DNA of 38,070 nucleotides from an uncultured Bacteroides sp. (GTDB lineage: Bacteria > Bacteroidota > Bacteroidia > Bacteroidales > JACABE01): positions 1 through 38,070 of the forward strand of contig CAZUCB010000002.1 in NCBI GenBank assembly GCA_964618755.1. The letters run 5' to 3'. Position 1 is the first letter of the stretch, and the number at the start of each line of letters is the position of its first letter. Under the pieces are notes generated by a model, which was not told the origin of the DNA, made no database searches, and worked only from the letters and a program-made list of their open reading frames with translations. Of the stretch, positions 18,818-27,724 are shown one piece after another. The translations under genes were made by a program, and so were the position numbers.

Positions 18818-18965
18818 TTTGATAAAAGGTTTATTTTAAAAATATAAAGGAATAACAAAAAAATATTAGAATTGTTATTGTAAAGAGTATAAAGAGAATT
18901 TATTTGAGAGAGTATATATCATACTTCTTTGACCATTTAGTTTTAAACGGTCAACGCTATAATTA

Positions 18966-18973
18966 CAAATTTA
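18966..18973 (-). promoter_or_regulatory. -7 element (TAAATTTG) for the methyltransferase, giving a leader of about 145 nt
   Basis: CAAATTTA on +. Confidence 0.4.
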
Positions 18974-19307
18974 AAGTTTTTATTAGTTGGAATTCAATTA
19001 AAAACTCCAAAATAATAATGGGCAATTTTTACTTTTAAAACGTCTTTTTTTATTTCTTTTCTCCATTTAACAACTACTAAACTACTAAATGCCCAAGATT
19101 TTTTTCTTAGTTTCTTTCTATTAAAAAAGTTTATTGAAACTAATTTCAAAAAACTTTTCAATAAATCAATATTAATAGTTATTTTGGAGGTTTTTACCAA
19201 CCAATTTTTACCATTATATCAAATTAAAAAAGCTATAGTTTTCTCTTATAAATGAAGATTTTAAAATTGAAGTTAATTGAAGAAAACACAATTTTTAAAA
19301 GTCCCAT

Positions 19308-20192
19308 TTATACTTTTTCTTTCTTCAAATCCAGTGGCAATACACCTGCCATTTCGCCAATTACATTTACCAATTCGCTGCCAGTGGGTATAACAATTTT
19401 GGCATTAGTTTTCAACGAAGTTTCAACCGCTTCGAGCTTACGTAATAGTTGAGCATTGCCTGTAAAAAATTTATCAGCTGCTTCATTTACCAATTTAATG
19501 GCTTCGGCTTCGCCTTCGGCATGCAAAATTTTAGATTGTTTATAGCCCTCAGCTTCCTTAATTTTGGCACGTTTTACACCATCAGCAACAGTTTCGGCAG
19601 CAGTGGCATAATCAATAGCTGCAATTTTTTCGTTTTCAGCTTTTACTACCTTGTTCATAGTTTCTTGCACATCTTTTGGGGGGTCTATTTCTTTTAACTC
19701 GGTACGTACTATTTCAATGCCCCAACTTTTGGTTTCTTCGCAAAGGGTTTTGTGTAATTCAGCATTTATTTTTCCACGTTCGCTATTAGCTGATTTTAAA
19801 GTCAATGTACCGATAATATTACGTAAAGTAGTACGAGCAAGGTTAACAATTTGCCATTTGTAGTTATTTACGTTGTATTGCGAATTTTTAACGCCTTCTT
19901 CACTTTCGATTACTTTAAAATAAACCTGAGCATCAACTCTTGCATTTAGGTTGTCGTTTGTAATAATTTCCTGTGGTTCTGCATCAATCATGAGTTCGGT
20001 AATGTTCACTAAAAACATACGGTCGATAAATGGTATAATCCAATGAAAACCAGGTGTAGCATATTTGTGATATTTCCCAAGTCTTTCTATTAAACCTCTG
20101 TGGGTAGGACGAATAATTCGTATGCCCAAAAACAAAAATAATACTACGCCCAAAACGACTAATAAAATTGAAATTTCCATGTTAACCTCCAT
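19308..20192 (-). CDS. SPFH/Band 7 (stomatin/prohibitin-like) membrane protein
   Basis: N-terminal TM; ERLGKY...PGFHWIIPFID, QEIITNDN...VDA.VYF, TTLRNIIG, WGI...RTELKEIDPP, AE-rich coiled coil; TATCTTTG element at 20228-20235 on -. Confidence 0.93.
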   Translation of the reverse strand: MEVNMEISILLVVLGVVLFLFLGIRIIRPTHRGLIERLGKYHKYATPGFHWIIPFIDRMFLVNITELMIDAEPQEIITNDNLNARVDAQVYFKVIESEEGVKNSQYNVNNYKWQIVNLARTTLRNIIGTLTLKSANSERGKINAELHKTLCEETKSWGIEIVRTELKEIDPPKDVQETMNKVVKAENEKIAAIDYATAAETVADGVKRAKIKEAEGYKQSKILHAEGEAEAIKLVNEAADKFFTGNAQLLRKLEAVETSLKTNAKIVIPTGSELVNVIGEMAGVLPLDLKKEKV

Positions 20193-20626
20193 TTTTTTGT
20201 TTATAAAAAATAATATAATTTTTTTGTCAAAGATACTATTTTTAAAAATCAGACAAGAATTATTTTATACAAATAATTGAAATCGCAAGAATTTGGTTTT
20301 ATATGTTTTAAAATTTCATAATTGAAAATGTAATTATTGTTCCATCTAATCAAGCGTCTTTATTAAGATTTGGGTTTTAATTCATATTTCAAAAAAATAA
20401 AATGGTATATTTATATAAGACTTTTGCTAAGCCATTATGATAATTATATTGAATATTTTGAAAATAAACACTAATTTAGAAACATTTTATTTATTTTCAT
20501 AAATTTTGAATTCCCTTCTTTTAATATAAAATTGATATTCAATTACTTAACATTTATATCTTATAAAAAAATAATTTAAAACCAAAAATCAATTTTTAAC
20601 AATTTAATTAATATAAAAATATCAAC

Positions 20627-20634
20627 TATCTTTG
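20627..20634 (+). promoter_or_regulatory. -7 element (TATCTTTG) for the barrel-GDPD-barrel-MFS operon
   Basis: TAnnTTTG match 20 nt upstream of the ATG at 20655. Confidence 0.5.
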
Positions 20635-20654
20635 TTTGCAATATTTAATTAAAA

Positions 20655-21356
20655 ATGAAATTAAAAACAATATTTTTTCTTTTTTTAACCATACAAAATC
20701 TTGTTATTGCACAAGACATTCTTATGCCTAAGACATTTATTTTCTATCCTGGAGCTTTTCAAAGATGGGAATACAAAATCAGTACGGGTATCAGTCTCAC
20801 CAGATTACCTAATGAAATTATTGAAGAGGAAATCAATACATTACCTACGATAAATGCTGACTTTAAGATAGGACTTCCCTTGAAATTTATGCTACATTCC
20901 AGCATAAAAACAAATTACATTTCAAATATGCTTTCAATAGCTGTCCAGAAAAGCTTAGTTGACAGAAAAGTAGCGTTGGTTGCTGGTACGAATGCCTCTT
21001 ACTGGTTTGGACAATTGTATCAGGATGTAATTAGGTTAAAAGCCTATGGTTTTATTGTAAATCCATATATTGTAGGTGGATTTCATTTTAATGATATATA
21101 TTTGTCTTTAAAATTAGAAAATCAATTCAGTATCATGAAAACATCTTCTGACGATGTTATGCTTGGAAGGAGTTCGCAACCTAATTCTGCCTATGCTGTT
21201 CAGTTTATAATTGAGCAGCCATTATGGAAAAACAATTGGGTAGCTTTAGGTGTTAAACTAAATTATTCAAAGTTTTATTATCAGGCATGGCTTACTTATA
21301 CTGCTATTGATGAATATCTTCTATATCCTGAATATTCTTTTACATTTATTTTTTAA
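20655..21356 (+). CDS. Hypothetical outer-membrane beta-barrel protein
   Basis: Signal peptide, amphipathic beta-strand pattern, C-terminal YSFTFIF (BAM-type terminal Phe). Confidence 0.6.
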   Translation: MKLKTIFFLFLTIQNLVIAQDILMPKTFIFYPGAFQRWEYKISTGISLTRLPNEIIEEEINTLPTINADFKIGLPLKFMLHSSIKTNYISNMLSIAVQKSLVDRKVALVAGTNASYWFGQLYQDVIRLKAYGFIVNPYIVGGFHFNDIYLSLKLENQFSIMKTSSDDVMLGRSSQPNSAYAVQFIIEQPLWKNNWVALGVKLNYSKFYYQAWLTYTAIDEYLLYPEYSFTFIF

Positions 21357-21365
21357 AATCTACAG

Positions 21366-22610
21366 ATGGGAAAAATTAAGATGTTCATATTTTTTATCTG
21401 CTTATTCTCAATCATAACTTCATGTTATAAAGATTATGATGCACTGGAAATTCCATTAAACGGAAGCTTGGGTTTATTAGAGGGAACTACAACTTTAACT
21501 GATTCAATGATGGAAAAATTGGAGGGAATTTATGTCCTTAATTCATCACTTTTTGGAAGTAAAGTTGTTTTAAAAGCCAACGGTAAATACTTGTCTGTCT
21601 TTGCTATGAAAAACGAATCATATATTGTACTTCAGGCTGGTTACAAAGATTCTGCTATAATAATGGAAGGCTATTGGCGATATGCATCCAGTTCCGAAAC
21701 AGGACTTATTACCATGAAAATCAGTCCTGAAAATGGTGCAAAAGAAATTATAAGGGGCGATTCTGTATCAAAAATAATTATCAATGCAATTTGGGGCAGT
21801 GAAAACGAATATCCTTCTAACAAATTTGATATGAGTTTCCAAAAGCCTATAACCAAATCATCAGACAATTTCTGGATCATTGCCCATAGAGGTGGAGGTA
21901 GAAACATTGATATGTTACCGGCTTCTGAAAATTCATTAAACATCATTCAATATGCAGAGAGAATTGGTGCAAATGCCATTGAGATTGACGTTAGACTTAC
22001 CAAAGATGGTGTTCCTGTACTCTTTCATGATGATATTATGAGCAAGCGACTAATCAATGAAGACTACTTTATTGGAGGAATTTCTGATTATAGTTTTGCA
22101 CAACTACGCTCATTTTGTACATTAAAAGATGGAGAACGAATTCCTACGTTGGAAGAAGCTTTACAAACAGTCGTAGATAAAACAAATTTAAAATTAGTAT
22201 GGCTAGATACCAAATCCTTAAGTATGACAGCAAAAATTGTATCGCTTCAACAAAAATACATGGCACTTGCAGCTCAAAAAGGAAAAAAACTTGAAATATT
22301 AATTGGAATTCCTAGCGTTGAAGTTTTTAATGAATTTACAAATTTCACAAATTTCCAGAACTATCCGGCAATCTGTGAACTCGATGAAAGTTACGTTATT
22401 CAATCAAAATCACTAATTTGGTCACCTAGATGGTCATTAGGTTTACTCGATGACAGAGTAAATTCAATGCACAACAGTGGTTACAGATGTTTTGTCTGGA
22501 CGCTGGATGCGACTGAACTGGTCAAATCATTCATCATGAGAGGAAATTTTGATGGAATTGTTACAAATTATCCAAGTATTGTTGCTTATGAATATTATAC
22601 CTCTGAATAA
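21366..22610 (+). CDS. Glycerophosphodiester phosphodiesterase (GDPD) lipoprotein with an extra N-terminal domain of about 145 aa
   Basis: Lipobox ITSC; IIAHRGG, ENSL, EIDVRLTKDGVPVLFHD, IPTLEEAL, VWTLD, DGIVTNYP. Confidence 0.9.
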   Translation: MGKIKMFIFFICLFSIITSCYKDYDALEIPLNGSLGLLEGTTTLTDSMMEKLEGIYVLNSSLFGSKVVLKANGKYLSVFAMKNESYIVLQAGYKDSAIIMEGYWRYASSSETGLITMKISPENGAKEIIRGDSVSKIIINAIWGSENEYPSNKFDMSFQKPITKSSDNFWIIAHRGGGRNIDMLPASENSLNIIQYAERIGANAIEIDVRLTKDGVPVLFHDDIMSKRLINEDYFIGGISDYSFAQLRSFCTLKDGERIPTLEEALQTVVDKTNLKLVWLDTKSLSMTAKIVSLQQKYMALAAQKGKKLEILIGIPSVEVFNEFTNFTNFQNYPAICELDESYVIQSKSLIWSPRWSLGLLDDRVNSMHNSGYRCFVWTLDATELVKSFIMRGNFDGIVTNYPSIVAYEYYTSE

Positions 22611-23190
22611 AAACTTGCTATTCTTTTTTATATTTTTAGTATTTATAAATTATACACATGCACAGGAGAAAAATAGCCTTAAAAAAGGATATTCATTATC
22701 ATTAAGCATTGGTAACGGTATTATTGCTAATATTGATCAGCATAAAAAATTTACAGATAATATCTTTTATTCACCTTCATTAAGATTTCTATGGAAACCT
22801 GATCATATTCTGAATATTGGCATTGAAAGTGCTTATTTGACTGTATCAAAACAAGACTCAACACTGGCTTCAACTGCTTTTGGTGCAACAGCGCTAAGAG
22901 CCAGGTTAAATGCAATTCCGCTTTTGTTGGTTTTCAATATGAAAGTTTCAAAAATTGATTTGTTTTATGGAATAGGTTTAAGCTATGTAACTTCGCGTCT
23001 TGAAGCTTTTGGAGAAAAAGTTGTAGTAAGTAACTGGTATTATTGCTATGATATTGCAATTGCATATACACATCCATTGTCAAAAAAAATTGATATTGGT
23101 ATTGAAGGTAAATCATACTTTTTCCCAAAACTTCAAAAAGTATCCGGAGGAATCGTTATCAATTTCACTTATAGAATTTTGAGCTGGTAA
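22588..23190 (+). CDS. Hypothetical small outer-membrane beta-barrel protein
   Basis: Probable start ATG 22588, overlapping the GDPD end; signal peptide ending THA-Q; GIESAY, AIPL, YGIGLSY, GIEGKSY strands; aromatic terminus. Confidence 0.6.
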   Translation: MNIIPLNKNLLFFFIFLVFINYTHAQEKNSLKKGYSLSLSIGNGIIANIDQHKKFTDNIFYSPSLRFLWKPDHILNIGIESAYLTVSKQDSTLASTAFGATALRARLNAIPLLLVFNMKVSKIDLFYGIGLSYVTSRLEAFGEKVVVSNWYYCYDIAIAYTHPLSKKIDIGIEGKSYFFPKLQKVSGGIVINFTYRILSW

Positions 23191-23237
23191 AATATAATAA
23201 TCAAAAATTTGCTTTACAGATATATAACTAAAAATAT

Positions 23238-24482
23238 ATGACTTCAACACCTTCAAAAAGTATATTTAATATTATAGTAATAGCTGCTGCTTTAGGCTAT
23301 TTCGTCGACATATACGATTTAATCTTATTCGGAGTAGTAAAAAATCCAAGTTTAATTGATTTGGGAATAACAAATAAAGATGCTTTGTTTTCACAAGGCA
23401 ATTTTCTATTAAGTATGCAAATGGCCGGCATGCTTATCGGTGGTATTGTATGGGGTGTTTTAAGTGATAAAAAAGGAAGGATGTCAATACTCTTTCTTAC
23501 AATATTCCTGTATTCAATTGCAAATATAGCAAATGGGTTTGCACAGAATATTGAACAGTATGCAGTGTTAAGATTTATTGCAGGGTTCGGTTTATCTGGC
23601 GAACTTGGCATTGGCATAACAATGGTTTCAGAAGTAATGACAAAAGAATCAAGAGGTTTGGGTGCAAGTATTGTATCGGGTATAGGTATTTTAGGTTCAG
23701 CTTTAGCTTTTTTAATTGCAGAGAAGTTTAACTGGCGGGTAGCTTTCTGGACAGGTGGTGGTTTAGGTTTATTATTACTGTTTCTTCGAATAGCAGTTTA
23801 CGAATCGGGAATGTATGAAAAGACAAAAACCATTAAAGTAAGTAAAGGTAATTTCCTTTGCCTGTTTACAAATAATAAACGTTTTAAAAAGTTTATATTC
23901 CTAATTCTATTGGCAATACCCACTTGGTATACTGTGAGTGTACTTGCTATAAATGCCCCCTCTTTTGCTCAGGATGCATTACATATTACTGGCCCCGTAA
24001 AAGGCTCAACCTCTGTAATGATGCACTATATTGGTGCAGCTATTGGTAGCTTTTTATTTGGTTACCTATCATTGAAATTAAAATCCCGAAAGAAACCAAT
24101 TATCTTAGGCATTCTATTTATTGCCTTTTTTGCATTCATTTATTTTGCATTAAGAGGTGCTTCACCTGCAATGTTTTATAGTATATTACTATTGTTAGGC
24201 ATACCAATGGGAGGTTTATGGTCAATATTTGTAACAACCGCTTCTGAACAATATGGAACTAATTTAAGAGCTACTGTAACGACTTCTGTACCAAATTTTG
24301 TAAGAGGAGCTACCATTTTAATTACTTATCTTTTAGGAGCTTTAACCCCCCTGTATGGATTATGGAATGCAGGTGTAATTATTGGTGTATTCTTTATTAT
24401 CTTAGCATTATTATCGGTTTTCTTTATAGAAGAGACTTATGGAAAAGATTTGGATTATATTGAAGAATTGGAAAAATCATAA
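23238..24482 (+). CDS. Major facilitator superfamily transporter
   Basis: About 12 TM; GYFVDIYDL, G.LSDKKGR motif A, RFIAGFGLSGE, SEQYGTNLRAT, EETYGKDL. Confidence 0.93.
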   Translation: MTSTPSKSIFNIIVIAAALGYFVDIYDLILFGVVKNPSLIDLGITNKDALFSQGNFLLSMQMAGMLIGGIVWGVLSDKKGRMSILFLTIFLYSIANIANGFAQNIEQYAVLRFIAGFGLSGELGIGITMVSEVMTKESRGLGASIVSGIGILGSALAFLIAEKFNWRVAFWTGGGLGLLLLFLRIAVYESGMYEKTKTIKVSKGNFLCLFTNNKRFKKFIFLILLAIPTWYTVSVLAINAPSFAQDALHITGPVKGSTSVMMHYIGAAIGSFLFGYLSLKLKSRKKPIILGILFIAFFAFIYFALRGASPAMFYSILLLLGIPMGGLWSIFVTTASEQYGTNLRATVTTSVPNFVRGATILITYLLGALTPLYGLWNAGVIIGVFFIILALLSVFFIEETYGKDLDYIEELEKS

Positions 24483-24698
24483 TATTTATTTTGAATAGTC
24501 TTAAAATATATTGTTTATTTCTTTTCTAGAAGTTTTTAAAAATAATAAACGATGAAAGAATAGTTGTTGAAGCATTCAAGAGAAAATATAACAGATTCAG
24601 GAATCGCTTGAAGCCACCATTAAAGTGGAAGTGAACATCAACGTAATCAATAATAGGTTTTATAAAAAATACAGTTTAAATTAATTACATTAACAAAG

Positions 24699-26321
24699 AT
24701 GATGAATAAAATCAAACATTTTTTATGCATATTTGGATTACTATTTCCCTTTATTATTAACGCTCAAACTTTACCATTCAATATATTGCTTGAACCTTTA
24801 AATATCCCAGAACTTGATGGACTTCAATCTTATGCTTATGGTCAGTATGATGGGAAATGGTTAATTATTGGAGGACGTATTGATGGACTTCATCGCAGGC
24901 AACCTTTTGCCAGTTTTGATATTGATGGAAATAATACACAATTACTTGTAATTGATCCTTTAGGTCAACAAAAATGGATTGCACCTTTAACTTCGCTTTC
25001 AACAGCCTTACAAGAGCAACTTAAATCAAGTAATATGGAATTTTATCAACATGGAGATTATTTATATCTATTGGGGGGTTATGGATATAGTCCTAGTATT
25101 GAAGACCATACAACGTTTAACAATCTAACAGCTATTGATGTACCAGCTACAATAAATGCAATTATAAAAAATACAGACTTAACTTCATTTTTTAGACAAA
25201 TAAATGACAGTCTGCTTCAAGTAACAGGTGGCGAATTAAGAATGATAAACAATAGTTTTTATTTAGTGGGCGGTCAGAAATTTATAGGGAGGTATAATCC
25301 TATGGGACCAGACCATGGACCAGGTTTTTTACAGGAATATACCAACCAAATCAGAAAATTCAACATTGAAGATAACGGAAGAAGTATTACAATAAACCAT
25401 GTATCAGTTATAACAGATGAAAACAATCTTCACAGAAGAGATTATAATCTAGTATCTCAAATTATGCCAAACGGACAAGAAGGATTAACTGCATTTTCAG
25501 GAGTTTTTCAAAAGAATCTGGATTTACCTTTTTTAAATTGCGTGAATATTGATAGCAACGAATATAATGTAAACAAAGCATTCACACAATATTACAACCA
25601 TTACCACTGTGCTGTACTTCCACTCTACTCAGCATCAAACAATGTAATGCACTCTGTTTTTTTTGGTGGCATAGCTCAATATTTTGATGATAAAGGAATA
25701 TTGACTCAGGATAATAATGTACCCTTTGTAAAAACGATAGCTAGCGTTACAAGAGATGCCAATGGCAAAATGGCTGAGTATAAATTTAATATAGAAATGC
25801 CGGCATTATTAGGAGCTGGTTCAGAGTTTATTGCGAATGAGAATTTAGCAAAATATCCAAATGGAGTTATAAAATTAGATGAAATTAAAACGGATACTAC
25901 ATTTGCAGGATATATTTTTGGTGGGATTAGTAGTACAGAGACAAATATTTTTTGGGTTAATGACGGAACTCAAAGCAATGCAAACAGCCAGATATACAAA
26001 GTATTTTTAACAAAAAATCCAACATCTAAATTTCATATTTTGAACGAACAAAGTACAGGAACATTGAAAATAATGCATTATCCTGTTACAAATGATAACA
26101 ACTTAGTTGTAAAATACAATTTAAGCAAAACAACTAATGTAAAACTCTCAATTTATGAATTAAACGGTAAAAAAATTGAAGATAAAATTTTCAAAAACAA
26201 ATCAGCAGGTGAAAACATCTATAAAAAGAAAATAAGAAAAAATACTGAAAAAAGAATTTACATATTATCTATAGAAACAGATTACGAAAAAGCAATTCAA
26301 AAAATAATCATTGAACCTTAA
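24699..26321 (+). CDS. Secreted Kelch-like beta-propeller protein with a degenerate T9SS type-A CTD
   Basis: Signal peptide; Kelch-like WLIIGG, LYLLGGY, FYLVGG, VFFGG, YIFGG; C-terminal SIYELNGK...IYILSI...QKIIIE. Confidence 0.7.
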   Translation: MMNKIKHFLCIFGLLFPFIINAQTLPFNILLEPLNIPELDGLQSYAYGQYDGKWLIIGGRIDGLHRRQPFASFDIDGNNTQLLVIDPLGQQKWIAPLTSLSTALQEQLKSSNMEFYQHGDYLYLLGGYGYSPSIEDHTTFNNLTAIDVPATINAIIKNTDLTSFFRQINDSLLQVTGGELRMINNSFYLVGGQKFIGRYNPMGPDHGPGFLQEYTNQIRKFNIEDNGRSITINHVSVITDENNLHRRDYNLVSQIMPNGQEGLTAFSGVFQKNLDLPFLNCVNIDSNEYNVNKAFTQYYNHYHCAVLPLYSASNNVMHSVFFGGIAQYFDDKGILTQDNNVPFVKTIASVTRDANGKMAEYKFNIEMPALLGAGSEFIANENLAKYPNGVIKLDEIKTDTTFAGYIFGGISSTETNIFWVNDGTQSNANSQIYKVFLTKNPTSKFHILNEQSTGTLKIMHYPVTNDNNLVVKYNLSKTTNVKLSIYELNGKKIEDKIFKNKSAGENIYKKKIRKNTEKRIYILSIETDYEKAIQKIIIEP

Positions 26322-26331
26322 ACAATCCGTA

Positions 26332-26381
26332 TAAAAACAAACGCCCTGTAAATCAAATAATTCACAGGGCGTTTGTTTTTA
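26332..26381. terminator. Bidirectional intrinsic terminator between the propeller gene and cydB
   Basis: 18-bp perfect inverted repeat TAAAAACAAACGCCCTGT / ACAGGGCGTTTGTTTTTA. Confidence 0.9.
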
Positions 26382-26529
26382 ATACTATTTTTATAATTTT
26401 CAGCACAATCCTAAATGTGCTATAGTAGTACCTAATTGACTGCTACTACCTGAAAATTCAGATTGGACTTCGCTAGGATTTAAATCATTTTGCTTTACAT
26501 TAATATAAATAGTGTTTATACAAAAAACA

Positions 26530-27702
26530 CTAATATGTATGTGTTTCTGTTTTTACTTCCTCAATATCAATCTTTTTATTGTCAATTGAGCGCCAAGCAT
26601 ACCAAATGTAAGCTAAAACAAAAGGAACCAATAATGAAACATAACTCATTATTGTTAAGGTATAAAAACTGGATGAACTATTTTCAATGGTTAATGAGCT
26701 TTGTAAATCAAATGTTGAAGGATAATAGGCAGTATTATTAAATCCAGCTAATAGAAAAAGAGCGAAAACAGTAAGAATTGTTCCAATACCTGTTAACCAG
26801 ATTCCTTTTGTACCGCATTTTACAAAACACGCAATTGGTCTTATAATTCCTAATAATACCATTGCAACGCCTAAAATAAAAATGACAGCTACAACAGGCA
26901 TAGCAATTAAATTATGTAAGTATTTGTAAGGTTCAATAAAAACTTCTTTAGTAAGCGGATTTACAGCAAAACCTTTTGATAATAACAACCAGATTGTAAA
27001 AATCAGAAAGAAAATCACAAATGGAATCGCATTATAAACTAATTGTTTTTTAACACGTACCATTATTTCAGTATTATTTACTCTATTCATAAAATAAAGC
27101 AATGCCAATACACGGGTTAAAAAGAAAACAGTCAAGCCTAAAGTTAAATTATGCAGATTCAATGCAGCTTCTAATCCATAGGCCATACCTTTCCATTCGG
27201 ATATTACCGGCATTTTATCGCCAATTAGTCTGGTAATATTCATTTTGTCAACAGAAAAAGCTGAACCAGTAAAAAATGTTGCAACAGCAGTTCCAATTAA
27301 GACGGTACCCAGTAATCCATTGATGAATAAAAGCGTTTCATAAGTTCTTTTCCCAAATAAATTATTTGGCTTTTTGCGATATTCATAGGAAACAGCCTGT
27401 ACTACAAATGCAATTAAAATCAACATCCAAACCCAATAAGCACCACCAAAACTTGTAGAATAAAACAGGGGAAAGGAGGCAAAAAAGGCACCACCAAAGG
27501 TAACCAAAGTGGTAAATGTAAATTCCCACTTTCTGCCTAAAAGATTAACCAAAACTGTACGTTCGTCTTCGGTTTTTCCAAGTGTGTAAATCAATGTTTG
27601 ACCACCTTGTACAAACATAAGAAATACTAATATTGCACCCAATAGGGAAACGATTATCCACCAATATTGTTGCAAAGTGATATATGAAAATGTTTCAAAC
27701 AT
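26530..27702 (-). CDS. cydB: Cytochrome bd ubiquinol oxidase subunit II
   Basis: LQQYWW, FVQGGQ, GRKWEFTFTTLVTFGGAFFASFPLFY, EYR.K, SLTIENSSSS..TL..M; Bacteroidota-type CydB. Confidence 0.95.
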   Translation of the reverse strand: MFETFSYITLQQYWWIIVSLLGAILVFLMFVQGGQTLIYTLGKTEDERTVLVNLLGRKWEFTFTTLVTFGGAFFASFPLFYSTSFGGAYWVWMLILIAFVVQAVSYEYRKKPNNLFGKRTYETLLFINGLLGTVLIGTAVATFFTGSAFSVDKMNITRLIGDKMPVISEWKGMAYGLEAALNLHNLTLGLTVFFLTRVLALLYFMNRVNNTEIMVRVKKQLVYNAIPFVIFFLIFTIWLLLSKGFAVNPLTKEVFIEPYKYLHNLIAMPVVAVIFILGVAMVLLGIIRPIACFVKCGTKGIWLTGIGTILTVFALFLLAGFNNTAYYPSTFDLQSSLTIENSSSSFYTLTIMSYVSLLVPFVLAYIWYAWRSIDNKKIDIEEVKTETHTY

Positions 27703-27724
27703 AATACTATTTTTTAAGATTTAA

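Noticed and set aside
18994-19200. 68-aa ORF between the methyltransferase and SPFH genes
   Set aside because: TTG start, Lys/Phe-biased composition expected from AT-rich intergenic DNA and no recognisable motif; a decayed gene cannot be excluded but is not supportable.
19252-19863. Three + strand ORFs opposite the SPFH gene
   Set aside because: Antisense shadows.
20530-20544. Palindrome AATTGA-TAT-TCAATT upstream of the GDPD operon, considered as an FNR or Pho site
   Set aside because: Spacing does not fit TTGAT-N4-ATCAA, and such short AT-rich palindromes are expected by chance here.
24483-24698. Intergenic stretch with a short open frame (DERIVVEAFKRKYNRFRNRLKPPLKWK)
   Set aside because: No in-frame start codon, too short and no recognisable homology.
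26490-26741. 83-aa + strand ORF considered as a CydX-like subunit
   Set aside because: It is antisense to cydB, and no small TM ORF follows cydB on the coding strand.
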